From contig JACKGF010000001.1 in assembly GCA_020632095.1 (NCBI GenBank), positions 326,638 to 390,637 of the forward strand: a stretch of DNA of 64,000 nt, in the 5' to 3' direction. Positions 47,303-58,253 of the stretch are shown one piece after another. The position numbers were made by a program, and so were the translations under genes. The notes below the pieces were generated by a model. That model ran no database searches. It was not told where the DNA came from and was given only the letters and a program-made list of their open reading frames with translations. The DNA comes from Candidatus Nomurabacteria bacterium (GTDB lineage: Bacteria > Patescibacteriota > Minisyncoccia > Phycocordibacterales > UBA918). The stretch's first letter is position 1. Each line of letters begins with the position of its first letter.

Positions 47303-47812
47303 TTACGCAGCAAGAAGTTCGTCGTAGTCCTTGCTGAGCAAAAATGAGAGGGCTTCCACCCAAAGAGTTGCTTTTGCGAGGTCTTGTGCGATGCGCTTTA
47401 CTCCGCGCGCACCAGGAGGAGTCCAGAACTTATTTGCTCCGAGAGGATATCTTGCTTCATAGAAAGAAAAAATTCCCTCGCTCATCCCGTTTCTACCCCC
47501 GACGTCAAGAATGTCGCATACGGTATTCCACTCAAACCCTTCACGGGTATGGTTGAACACCACAGCCCCTACGACCATACCGATGTCCCAGTTGACTTTA
47601 CGGAGGTGGTCAAGATGCTTCCCTCCAAGCCAACCAGTAATGGCTGCATCCTCGACAATCGGCCAGCTCCATTTGTGGCAACCAGCACAGACGAGGTAGA
47701 AGTCTTTTTCTCGGTTGAGGTGAACGTGCGATTTTAATTCCGAGAACGTACGAAATTCTTCTTCAAAGGTCATTTCAAGCTCCTTACAGTTAGGAGTTAT
47801 GTGAAGCCACAA
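47303..47812 (-). CDS. hypothetical protein
   Basis: 169-aa ORF with no recognised family. A likelier start is MTFEEEF. Confidence 0.4.
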   Translation of the reverse strand: MWLHITPNCKELEMTFEEEFRTFSELKSHVHLNREKDFYLVCAGCHKWSWPIVEDAAITGWLGGKHLDHLRKVNWDIGMVVGAVVFNHTREGFEWNTVCDILDVGGRNGMSEGIFSFYEARYPLGANKFWTPPGARGVKRIAQDLAKATLWVEALSFLLSKDYDELLAA

Positions 47813-47902
47813 TTAGCAACACAAAATAATGATACCATAGTAATACTACTGCGTCAAGTAATGCTCCGGTAGATTCAATCTTGAAGTGCAACACCCGTAA
47901 GT

Positions 47903-48556
47903 TCATAGAACAAAGAATGTTCCAGCTTGATGTATCTTGTGCCAACGTTCGTAATCAAGATACCCTTTGTCCATGACGTAGTACGCACCACGCTCGAACG
48001 TAATCTCATCTAGGAAATTCACGTCGTTCACTCTGCCTTCAGTGATAGTGAAAAACGCAGGAATAGAGCCATTTAAATCAAGTTGCATGTTCAGCTTAAT
48101 CGAAGAATGTTGAGCATCGAACCGGGCCCAGCCGAACAGACTTAAACACAAATCTATCACCGTTGAGTCTAGCAGATAGACTGTCGCATCTAAATCAAGC
48201 TCAATGATTTCTTTTGACTTTGGATCCATTGGTCTGGCTCTGGCAATGAGCACCATCGCTAGGTCTCGGTAGATTCTCCAGTCTCTTTTCTGGTTGGCTG
48301 AGGCCAAGGTGTTGCGGGCGATTTTTTGTCTAAAGCCAAGGTGATACAACTTTTCTTCGTGAGCACCCAGACAGGTGATAATATCGCGAAGACTTTCCCG
48401 GTATGCCAGCTGACCGAAGATCATGGCTGTGAATTGTTGTCGGCAAGATAATTTTCGAATGCGGTACTCACCATTATATCTCTCCACACATTTTCTAAAC
48501 TCATAATCATCGACAAACTCCATAATTTGAGAAAACACGTAGACACCTCGATTCAT
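47903..48556 (-). pseudogene. IS4-family (DDE_Tnp_1) transposase, N-terminal fragment only
   Basis: FSQIMEFVDDYEFRKCVERYNGEYRIRKLSCRQQFTAMIFGQLAYRESLRDII...LDSTVIDLCLSLFGWARF...YVMDKGYLDYERW matches the N-terminal half of IS4/ISH8-type transposases. The ORF stops after 217 aa. No C-terminal continuation or inverted repeats were found. Confidence 0.65.
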
Positions 48557-49153
48557 AATGATAGATTAAGTCTGATAAACTCAATCTATTATTACTGAAA
48601 AAACTGGTTTTGGATTGAAATCGAAAAAACCTAATTATACAAATGATACTTATAAATTAAGGGTTGTTTGAGATTTTGGGAAGTTAAACGGGACACTAGT
48701 GGGACAGGGACAATATTTTATTGATTTTTGTGGTGTGATTTTTTCTTCCAGTAGCAGGAGTTTCTCGGCTTACACCGCAGTACAGGTTGTCGATATTTTC
48801 GCTTCCTGCGGTCGCAAAATACCTGACCAACCTCTACGAATCCTGATAAAAGCTCTCCCAGAGCTTGCTCTGGCGGCAGGAATTCTCGCCTTACAGGCGC
48901 AGTACCCCAATTGGATATTTTATTTCCTTTCAGTCATAAAATACCTCAATCGGGTTTCGAATCCTGACGTAACAGTCCCCCGGACTTTTACTCCGCCGGA
49001 GCATTAAAAACAAAGCCACGCCCAAAGGCGTGACTAAGTTTTTATATGCTCGCTTGGAGGGACAGTTTTCGAACTTTCGATTGGGCAGGTATATACTCAG
49101 ATTTTGACTTCCACCTTAAGTGTATAAATCGTTTAGTAGCTATTGCTCGATAA

Positions 49154-50497
49154 CTAGTAAACCCTTTCCATATCAGCTCCGTCAGAGGAAATAGTCTGAG
49201 CTTTACCATCTTTTACTTTTTTGAATGTAATTACTTCTCCAGGTGTGCCAAAGCCAATCTTGTCTTGGTTTTTGAATGAGTGCTGTTTTACTTTTTTATA
49301 TTTAGACCAAGCCTGTACAGGATTAGATGCTGAAGCTCCAAACCCCACCAAATCATCTCCCGTACTTACAATAACCATGTCACCCCATCGATTGCGGTAC
49401 ATGCCTGAGTATGGCTCATTAGGAATAGACTTTATATCCTTTGAATCTTTGAGGTCATAAATCAACCTCATTAGGTTATCACTAACAGCTCCAGCAGTAT
49501 TTGACTGCGTATTTGTAAGGACAATTACTTGGACATTATCTTCAATATGGCTAATGGCATTAGTTACATACCCAGCAAAACCTCCTGAGTGTCCGTACGT
49601 TTGTTGACCTGTGACAGTTTCGATACAAAGTCCTAATCCATACATTTCGTCTTTACTAACAATACTCTGCACCTGTCGCATTGCTTTTCGAGACTCTCTA
49701 TTAAGCACACTCTTCTTACTATCAGGATGTAAGGATGATAAGAACAAAGCCAAGTCTTGCACATTTGAAATAAATCCAGTTGCAGGAGCATAGGTATTTG
49801 TTTTAATGTTCGGCTCTTTTTGTCGATCTATCACATCTGGTGTCCAGCGTTCATACCCTCTAGTTAGTTTTGCTGGTATCTTATCCGGTAAATCTGGAAG
49901 AGTATTTTTTAATCCGAGTGGTTTGGTGATATTTTCAGTGACATATTTATCATAAGAGTCACCAGATACTTTCTCTATAACAGCTCCAAGTATGGAGTAC
50001 CCATGATTTGAGTACTTCATGGTCGTAGCATTATCAAACACAATTGCTTTTGAAGAGACCGTACCCTCAAGCTTAGTTGGAAACTTATCATTTACCCATT
50101 GCTGTGCATCACCATCTCGGAAGAGTCCAGCATTGTGCGAGAGTAGCTGCCGGATAGTGATGTTAGAAAGATTAGTTTCTTTAGTCTTACCCTTAAACCA
50201 AGATAAATAATCAGAGACTTTATCATCGAGTCGAAGTTTACCTTTTTCTTGGAGTTGCATAATGCTTACCGCTGTAAACATTTTAGACATCGATGCAACT
50301 CGAAATTGGGCATCTGTCTTCATCTCTATATCTTTTCCAATATCGGATAGACCAAATGCGCTAACATATTTAGGTACACCATTTACTGCAATACACACCA
50401 CTGCGCCAGGCGTATGGTCATAACGGATTTTCATTGGTAGCCAGTTATCTACAATTTTCCCCGCAACTTTGATTGCTTCAGTTAATTCTTTTTTCAT
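49154..50497 (-). CDS. serine hydrolase of the beta-lactamase/transpeptidase superfamily (class C-like)
   Basis: SxxK (ASMSKMF), YxN (YSNHGY) and HSG (GHSGGFAGY) motifs are present in the correct order. The protein is 447 aa. Confidence 0.7.
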   Translation of the reverse strand: MKKELTEAIKVAGKIVDNWLPMKIRYDHTPGAVVCIAVNGVPKYVSAFGLSDIGKDIEMKTDAQFRVASMSKMFTAVSIMQLQEKGKLRLDDKVSDYLSWFKGKTKETNLSNITIRQLLSHNAGLFRDGDAQQWVNDKFPTKLEGTVSSKAIVFDNATTMKYSNHGYSILGAVIEKVSGDSYDKYVTENITKPLGLKNTLPDLPDKIPAKLTRGYERWTPDVIDRQKEPNIKTNTYAPATGFISNVQDLALFLSSLHPDSKKSVLNRESRKAMRQVQSIVSKDEMYGLGLCIETVTGQQTYGHSGGFAGYVTNAISHIEDNVQVIVLTNTQSNTAGAVSDNLMRLIYDLKDSKDIKSIPNEPYSGMYRNRWGDMVIVSTGDDLVGFGASASNPVQAWSKYKKVKQHSFKNQDKIGFGTPGEVITFKKVKDGKAQTISSDGADMERVY

Positions 50498-50500
50498 AAT

Positions 50501-50824
50501 TTATTCAAAATCTAATAATGGAAACACATCCAAAGCTACTTCTTCGTATGGGTGATTATCTTTCAGAACCTGCTTTAGTAGTGGAAGTTGGTCCTTGGTA
50601 CAAACAAACTCAATCACTACCTCATCTACTTCTTCTAGTTTACCAGCTTCTCCAATATGAGGATTAGCTTCAACATTTGGCATAAAATAGCCCTTTCCTT
50701 TAGTCACAAAGCTACAGTGGCTATAGTTGCCTATTTTTCCTATTCCTGCGTCACCTATAGCCATTCTGACCCTTTCGGAGGCGTCTTCTGGACAGGTTAG
50801 CCATACTTTTACTCGTTCTTGCAT
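50501..50824 (-). CDS. small protein resembling the NIF3/YqfO metal-binding insert domain (tentative)
   Basis: 107 aa. DAGIGKIGNYSHCSF...HPYEEVALDV resembles the HPYEEPA-containing region of NIF3-family proteins. Confidence 0.4.
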   Translation of the reverse strand: MQERVKVWLTCPEDASERVRMAIGDAGIGKIGNYSHCSFVTKGKGYFMPNVEANPHIGEAGKLEEVDEVVIEFVCTKDQLPLLKQVLKDNHPYEEVALDVFPLLDFE

Positions 50825-51254
50825 AGTAGGCAGTATATCAAAAAATCTTCACTTTAATGACATTTAGTTTGTAACTACAGAAAAAGAAATACTCGAAATA
50901 AACTCGAAAAAGTGTTAAATCCAGTCGACAAACTGTTTGTTTTAACTTTTAGTCTGTAACAACTTAAATTTAAAAAACGAGAGAGATAACCTGAGAACAT
51001 GCATTTTCATGTCGACAAGGTATGTTCACTTAGGTTTAAAACTCTGGCTAGGAGTTGATCTATGGCTGGTGAAGCAAGGTCTATGAATTAAAGATACCCT
51101 TAAGACTCTGCATGGGTAACGTAGTAACTGCGTTTTTCATACGTATCCTTTCTTATGAGTTTTTTGAACACCCAGTTCAAACTGAGACGTGTGAAGTAAA
51201 CAGTTTTTAATAAGAGAAGTCAACCAAAAGATCGAATCCTCTCGGAGGTACATA

Positions 51255-51283
51255 GAAAAAAGCACTATAAATAGTGCTTTTTT
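51255..51283. terminator. terminator-like hairpin inside a 550-bp noncoding gap
   Basis: AAAAAAGCACTAT-aa-ATAGTGCTTTTTT could act in either direction. It is immediately followed by a tRNA-3'-end-like remnant (…GGTTCGAACGTCC…CGGAGCAA on the minus strand). Confidence 0.4.
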
Positions 51284-51375
51284 CGTTGCTCCGCTGGGTG
51301 AAGGACGTTCGAACCGCTAGTTTTTAGTATATTTTATTTTCACAGGTCTGATTATTAAAGTATACTAGTTAGATT

Positions 51376-51855
51376 ATGGGCATCCTCTCGAGACATAAGC
51401 AAGAAATGGCGAAGGCTGAAATATTATACAAGGATGTAAAGTTTGTGTTTTGTCCTTACTTTAAAAATAATGTTACCTTTAATTCTGACGGATTTCACCA
51501 TTTGAGATACAATGGATCTGGTAGTGAACGTGAAAAAATATCTCAAATGAATAAATTCGCTTTATTACCTAAGGCGATTGAGATTATTAGCAAATCAGGT
51601 ACTTTGCAGCAATACCGAAAACAGTGGGGAGCGGTCGGTCGAAAAAGGAACTCTGATGGCTCAAGACCAATGAAAGAAATGGAGTATTTTGCATTTGAAG
51701 GAATTCTTGGGACTGGTGCAAATATGCTCCGGGTAAAAGCAATTGTTCGGCGTGCAGGTAATGGGGAGCCACATTTTTGGAGTGTTATGTCAGATGTGAA
51801 TCTTAGAAGAAAATCATCATACAAGCTTGCTTCAGACGATATCATTGATGAGTAA
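51376..51855 (+). CDS. hypothetical protein
   Basis: 159-aa ORF followed by a clear terminator. No family recognised. Confidence 0.45.
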   Translation: MGILSRHKQEMAKAEILYKDVKFVFCPYFKNNVTFNSDGFHHLRYNGSGSEREKISQMNKFALLPKAIEIISKSGTLQQYRKQWGAVGRKRNSDGSRPMKEMEYFAFEGILGTGANMLRVKAIVRRAGNGEPHFWSVMSDVNLRRKSSYKLASDDIIDE

Positions 51856-51863
51856 TAAAAAAG

Positions 51864-51886
51864 TCCCTCAAGAGAGGGATTTTTTT
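51864..51886 (+). terminator. rho-independent terminator of 51376..51855
   Basis: TCCCTC-aaga-GAGGGA followed by a run of seven T. Confidence 0.65.
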
Positions 51887-52037
51887 ATATGCCTGCCTTC
51901 AGCTTACAGAATATGTTGGCTGAACGGGGCTTTCGCCCACAGGCATATCTAAACTTTATACTAGGTGCTTATAAATTGCAAGAATTTTTGCTGAATTATA
52001 ATTAAAAAACAACTTAGGTTCGAACTCGTCCTATCAA

Positions 52038-52283
52038 GTAATGGGGATACGAAGTAATGGGGATACGGAAGTAATGGGGATACGTCCGTTATTTATGCAT
52101 TTTGTGTGTTCTAATATTAGAAGTAATGGGGATACGTCCGTTATTTATGCATTTTGTGTGTTCTAATATTAGCTAAATTCCATTATAAAATTACAACACA
52201 GATTCTGGCATTATAACGGACGCCTCCCCATTCACCTCTCCCCATTCACCTCCGCCTCCCCATTCACCTCCTCCCCATTCACC
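52038..52283. mobile_element. composite of nested/tandem MITE-like copies (copy B) abutting tRNA-Asn 3' end
   Basis: The left TIR unit gtaatggggatacg occurs four times, one of them attached to a 50-bp partial core. Then comes one full copy (52123-52236) identical to copy A. After it the right-TIR end tccccattcacc is tandemly repeated about four times up to 9 bp from the tRNA. Confidence 0.6.
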
Positions 52284-52291
52284 TTAATTTG

Positions 52292-52363
52292 CTCCGGCGG
52301 CAGGATTCGAACCTGCGACCAATTGATTAACAGTCAACTGCTCTACCGCTGAGCTACACCGGA
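52292..52363 (-). tRNA. tRNA-Asn (anticodon GTT)
   Basis: The minus strand reads TCCGGTG-TA-GCTC-AGCGGTA-GAGC-A-GTTGA-CTGTTAA-TCAAT-TGGTC-GCAGG-TTCGAAT-CCTGC-CGCCGGA-G. It folds as a canonical cloverleaf with anticodon loop CU-GUU-AA and discriminator G. No CCA is encoded. Confidence 0.85.
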
Positions 52364-52567
52364 ATGAAAAGAAAATTAGAATCACCATAGACTCCTTTAA
52401 TTCTTGTTGTGAACGATACAAATACTTTTATATCGAACGTAGCTATACCCCATCTAACAATGATGAAGTAGTGCTATTGTACAGAAAAATTCTGGTAATT
52501 CAACTACACACAATGACAATTATCGGGTATTACTTTACCGACCTAAAATCTCAAGTACAATTGAACT

Positions 52568-53431
52568 ATGCCTGAATTACCAGAAGTAGAAACCGTTAGA
52601 ATGCAGTTAAAGAGCAAGGTGGTTGGTAAAACCATTACTAGCGTGGAGGTTTTTCATGCTAAGAGTGTAAATAATGATGAAACTATTGAAGATAGGTTGG
52701 TCGGGAAAGTAATTGCGGAAATTGACCGAATTGGGAAATTGATGATTTTTTCTTTTGTTAATGAGGATAACTTGTTTTTATTGGCTCATTTGAAGATGAC
52801 GGGGCAGTTTTTTTATTTGGATGAAGGTGGTGAAGCGGTCGGTGGCGGTCACTCAGTGACCGCCACCGACCGCGACCTCCCTGGTCGCCACACCCGCGCC
52901 ACTATCCACTTCACCGACCACTCCGCCCTACACTTCAATGACATGCGAATTTTTGGTTATCTTAAACTCACTGACAAAGCCGGCCGAGACGCTGCCAAAG
53001 CTCGCTTCGGACCCGAACCAATCAATCCCAAATTCGATACTGAATGGTTTTACCAAAAACTAAAAAAGCGAAAAACTCCCATCAAAGCCGCCCTACTCGA
53101 CCAAACCTTTATCGCTGGTTTAGGTAATATTTACGTTGACGAAACACTGTGGCGGGCCAAGGTTCGCCCTACACGCTTGGCCGACAAAGTCACCAAGAAA
53201 GAGGCGGCGGCTATCGCCGCCGCCTCCCGTGATGTCATGAATGAATCCATCAATGTCGGTGGCACCACCTTCCAACATTTCAAAGACACCGGTGGTAAAA
53301 ACGGCAATTTCAAAGACTACCTAAAAGTTTTCGGTCAACAAGGTAAAAAATGCGAACGTTGTGGTGGTACAATCGAAAAAATCCGCTGTGCAGGACGCGG
53401 TACGCATTATTGTCCCAGTTGTCAGAAGTAG
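52568..53431 (+). CDS. mutM: formamidopyrimidine-DNA glycosylase
   Basis: N-terminal MPELPEVE, an H2TH region and a C-terminal zinc finger (CERCGGTIEKIRCAGRGTHYCPSCQ) are present. Confidence 0.9.
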   Translation: MPELPEVETVRMQLKSKVVGKTITSVEVFHAKSVNNDETIEDRLVGKVIAEIDRIGKLMIFSFVNEDNLFLLAHLKMTGQFFYLDEGGEAVGGGHSVTATDRDLPGRHTRATIHFTDHSALHFNDMRIFGYLKLTDKAGRDAAKARFGPEPINPKFDTEWFYQKLKKRKTPIKAALLDQTFIAGLGNIYVDETLWRAKVRPTRLADKVTKKEAAAIAAASRDVMNESINVGGTTFQHFKDTGGKNGNFKDYLKVFGQQGKKCERCGGTIEKIRCAGRGTHYCPSCQK

Positions 53432-53448
53432 CGTGCTAAAATAAATAA

Positions 53449-54273
53449 ATGCTAGCCAAATCTCTTACCTTAGGGTTAATTATAATAATATTCATCAACG
53501 TTTTCATGCTTATGAATGGCCGAGATTCAGACAATGAAGAATTAGTTGAGGATGACACTTCAGAGAAAATAAAAATTATTGAACCGACTGCAAAAAACAT
53601 CAACAGATCTTATGATGAGATAGTAAGTGAATATAACGAAACGGGTGGAATTGAAATTTCTGGGTCAGAGTACAATTCTAATAGGGAGATTCAAGACTTT
53701 GTTGATTTAAATAGCAAAAAATCTACCTTAAGTACAGAAACCCAAGCAAACTACTGTAAAAGTAGGCCTTTGGAAATATCTACCTCTTCCATCAAGAGTT
53801 TTGATAAGGGTCTAGTCTTTCCAAACCTTAATTACCACAATGAACGTTGGGGAGACGGCGACACCTTGTCCTCATTATGGCTAAGCTGCAACAACGACTG
53901 GTCTCGCTCCCCGTCAGACCCAATCACAATCTATACCCCAAGCTCAAGCTGTCACTTAGAGAATGATTTTACATGTAACTACTGGGTTGACTATAACCCA
54001 GATGAAAAGCCACCTTTCCAGGTTGCATACAATCATGTAGACAGTTGGGCGGTTCACGAATCTCACTATGTTAGATATAATCTCGACCCAGCTTACACAC
54101 TCATTGACTCTAGAAAAATTAAATCATTCGACACAACTCTCTATGTCTTTGCTGGAAATGACAGGTATGTGGTTTTGACAGACGATAATACTTTCTCACG
54201 CTTTATCGAACTGAATATGAATATGGAACTAATGACATCCTACGTAGACCAGATTGTTTTGCGAAATAACTAG
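53449..54273 (+). CDS. hypothetical membrane-anchored protein
   Basis: An N-terminal TM helix is followed by an approximately 240-aa Asn/Ser/Asp-rich extracytoplasmic domain with several Cys. Confidence 0.45.
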   Translation: MLAKSLTLGLIIIIFINVFMLMNGRDSDNEELVEDDTSEKIKIIEPTAKNINRSYDEIVSEYNETGGIEISGSEYNSNREIQDFVDLNSKKSTLSTETQANYCKSRPLEISTSSIKSFDKGLVFPNLNYHNERWGDGDTLSSLWLSCNNDWSRSPSDPITIYTPSSSCHLENDFTCNYWVDYNPDEKPPFQVAYNHVDSWAVHESHYVRYNLDPAYTLIDSRKIKSFDTTLYVFAGNDRYVVLTDDNTFSRFIELNMNMELMTSYVDQIVLRNN

Positions 54274-54317
54274 CATCAAGTCTTTTATAACAGCCCTAAT
54301 TTATAAAACTTCATAGA

Positions 54318-55007
54318 ATGATTTTAGCATTGTATAATCGCACCATGCAGACTAATATTGATCCTACATGGTATACAATACTAAAAGATGAACTGAATGA
54401 AGAGTATTTTCAAAAACTAACACAAAAAATTAATCTGGCTTACAAAAACCACTCTGTGTTCCCCACGAGGGAAAATATTTTTAATGCCTTTAGGCTTTGT
54501 CCTTTTGACGAAGTAAGAGTAGTGATTCTGGGTCAAGACCCTTACCACGCACCCGGCCAAGCACATGGACTGGCTTTTTCTGTGCCTGACGGAGTAAAAA
54601 TTCCTCCGTCTTTGCGAAATATATATAAAGAAATTAACGCTGATTTGGGAGTAAAAACAACGGAATCAGGTAATCTGGAACACTGGGCTAAGCAGGGAGT
54701 TTTACTACTCAACACCACCCTTACCGTCGAAGCCGGACAAGCTGGTTCTCACCAAGGTTTAGGCTGGGAGACTTTTACCGACACAATTATAAAGAGAATT
54801 TCCTACGAAAAAACTCATATCGTCTTCCTGCTCTGGGGCGCTTCCGCTATTAAAAAGTCAGAACTTATAGACGCAAGCAAACATCTTATACTAACCGCCC
54901 CTCACCCTTCCCCACTCTCAGCCCACCGCGGCTTTTTGGGCTGTCGACACTTTAGTCAGACTAATGAATATTTAAAAAAGCACTTTATTCGAGAGATCGA
55001 TTGGTAA
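54318..55007 (+). CDS. ung: uracil-DNA glycosylase (family 1)
   Basis: The water-activating loop GQDPYH, LLLN and the C-terminal HPSPLSA motif are all present. Confidence 0.9.
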   Translation: MILALYNRTMQTNIDPTWYTILKDELNEEYFQKLTQKINLAYKNHSVFPTRENIFNAFRLCPFDEVRVVILGQDPYHAPGQAHGLAFSVPDGVKIPPSLRNIYKEINADLGVKTTESGNLEHWAKQGVLLLNTTLTVEAGQAGSHQGLGWETFTDTIIKRISYEKTHIVFLLWGASAIKKSELIDASKHLILTAPHPSPLSAHRGFLGCRHFSQTNEYLKKHFIREIDW

Positions 55008-55014
55008 ATAGACT

Positions 55015-55037
55015 AGGCGGCACCGAAGGTGCCGCCT
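55015..55037. terminator. hairpin between convergent ung and atpC
   Basis: AGGCGGCACC-gaa-GGTGCCGCCT is a 10-bp GC-rich stem. It may be a bidirectional terminator even though no long T-run follows. Confidence 0.5.
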
Positions 55038-55410
55038 ATACTCAGTAATTCCAAAGAAAACTGAAAAAATATCTCCTTGCACGGTCAAAAAATGACCCAT
55101 CCCCGTCTCCGCCCGTCTCCTCTTCAATCTGAGAACATACCGGGCGACCCCAAGGATCATCTGAGTGACCACCGCTTTCTTCTGAGTCACTCAAAGAAGA
55201 ACGTGCATTTGTTAAGCCAAACTTATCATCAAGCATGATTTTTACCTCCATAAAAACAAAGAACTTACAATGATTAATATGTCACATATGAACACAAAAT
55301 CAATCCCTTCAAATTTATTTTACTACTCCAAAGATATTTGTCTAACAAAACTGACCGGCGCCTTTGGCGCAGGTCAGTTTTGCATCATAATCACCCTCGT
55401 CACTTCACCA

Positions 55411-55866
55411 TTAATTAGCACTATCTTCAGTCGATATCGCCTGACGATGATGAGTCCTGTGCTTTCTAGCCAACTGAACCCGAGTTACTTCTTTGTCGAA
55501 CATTTCAACTAGCGTAGGATAACTTTCATCTGATACGGAAGCTTCATTCATGATTTTTTCCGCTCTTTGCTTCGCTTCCTCCGCTCGTTCTAAGTCCAAG
55601 TCTACTGCCTTTTCCGCTGTATCAGCCAAGAGTAAGAGCACATTGTCGTGAAATTCAATAAAGCCACCAGAAATAGATAGTCTAATCTCTTCATCCTTTG
55701 GACCTTTACGGATCGCTACTTCCCCTGATTTGAGCCCTGCTATATAAGGAATATGATCAGGCAAGACCGTCACTTCACCCTCTCGCACCGGTAGAGTGAT
55801 TTGATAAACCTCATCATCAAAGACAATCTTTTCAGGGGTAATGATTTTAAAAACTATCTTTTTCAT
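55411..55866 (-). CDS. atpC: F1 ATP synthase epsilon subunit (with C-terminal basic extension)
   Basis: It follows atpD and has the N-terminal beta-sandwich pattern (ITPEKIVFDDEVYQITLP..GEVTVLPDH). Confidence 0.8.
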   Translation of the reverse strand: MKKIVFKIITPEKIVFDDEVYQITLPVREGEVTVLPDHIPYIAGLKSGEVAIRKGPKDEEIRLSISGGFIEFHDNVLLLLADTAEKAVDLDLERAEEAKQRAEKIMNEASVSDESYPTLVEMFDKEVTRVQLARKHRTHHRQAISTEDSAN

Positions 55867-55871
55867 TTTAA

Positions 55872-57275
<1,404 letters not shown>

Positions 57276-57289
57276 CTAATAAGACCTAA

Positions 57290-58243
57290 CTAACCTTCTA
57301 CCGCCGCCATACCGGCCGACAGTTCTGCAATCTCTTGCGTCACCTTGGCTTGTCGCAACTGGTTGTAAGCTAAGGTAAACTCTCCGATCATATCCTTAGC
57401 TGCTTCAGTAGCGTTGCGCATAGCCAACATTCTGGCCGCTTCCTGCGAAGCATTAGACTCCAAGAGTGCGTGATAAAGTTGCATCCGGAGGAGTCTTGGC
57501 ACTAGAGTTCTCAAAACCTGTTCCGGACTTGGTTCAATAGTGTATTCCGACTCCAATTTCTTCACCTTTTCTAACTTTTCAGTTTTAATCTCTTCATTAA
57601 TATAACTTGGTTGTGGATGTTTATCCATTTCGTCCAACTCATCTTCCACAGCACCGTATGACAACGGAAGAATACGACGTGACCTAGTCTTTTGTACCAT
57701 CGGTGAAATGTAGTCGGTGTAGACCAACACTACCTTATCGTACTTTTCAGCGTCAAATTCGTCTCGCAACAAACGAGAGACTGAACTAATTGCTTCCATA
57801 CTTGGTTCAGACACAATGTCAGGGTATGAAGCAACGATTTTTTTACCAAACCGTCTCAACATTTTGTCTCCTTTTTTTCCGATAGACAAAAATTCTATAT
57901 TGTTAAGTTCGGCGTTTTTTGCTTCAAGCTTTTCAATTTGAGATCGCACCTCTTTGATAATCTGGGTGTTAAAAGAACCACACAAACCTCGATTTGAGGT
58001 CACTACCACAATCAATACATTCTTAACCGTTCGGGTTTTAAATATAGCAATATTCTCTAGTTTTACCGCCTGAGACACTTTTTCTAGCACCTGGAGTGCA
58101 CTCTCAGCGTAAGGACGAATAGCAATCACCTTAGCCACTGCTTTACGCATCTTAACCGCCGAAATCATCTCCATAGCGGCAGTGATCTTACTGGTATTCT
58201 TGGTACCTTTTATGCGCTGTTTTAAATCTTTGGTTGAAGACAT
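57290..58243 (-). CDS. atpG: F1 ATP synthase gamma subunit
   Basis: N-terminal IKGTKNTSKITAAMEMISAVKMRKA and C-terminal helix are typical of gamma. It sits between atpA and atpD. Confidence 0.9.
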   Translation of the reverse strand: MSSTKDLKQRIKGTKNTSKITAAMEMISAVKMRKAVAKVIAIRPYAESALQVLEKVSQAVKLENIAIFKTRTVKNVLIVVVTSNRGLCGSFNTQIIKEVRSQIEKLEAKNAELNNIEFLSIGKKGDKMLRRFGKKIVASYPDIVSEPSMEAISSVSRLLRDEFDAEKYDKVVLVYTDYISPMVQKTRSRRILPLSYGAVEDELDEMDKHPQPSYINEEIKTEKLEKVKKLESEYTIEPSPEQVLRTLVPRLLRMQLYHALLESNASQEAARMLAMRNATEAAKDMIGEFTLAYNQLRQAKVTQEIAELSAGMAAVEG

Positions 58244-58253
58244 GATTAAATTA

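Noticed and set aside
48699-49007. 102-aa plus-strand ORF between the transposase fragment and the beta-lactamase-like gene
   Set aside because: It has no homology features, starts with a non-ATG codon and lies in a region that may be decayed IS DNA. It is probably noncoding.
52038-52130. Short direct repeats 'gtaatggggatacg' separated by 2-3 nt, superficially resembling an array
   Set aside because: The units are 14 bp with 2-3-bp gaps and no unique spacers. The right-end sequence is also reiterated. Tandemly duplicated termini of the MITE-like element fit better than a CRISPR array. No cas genes are present.
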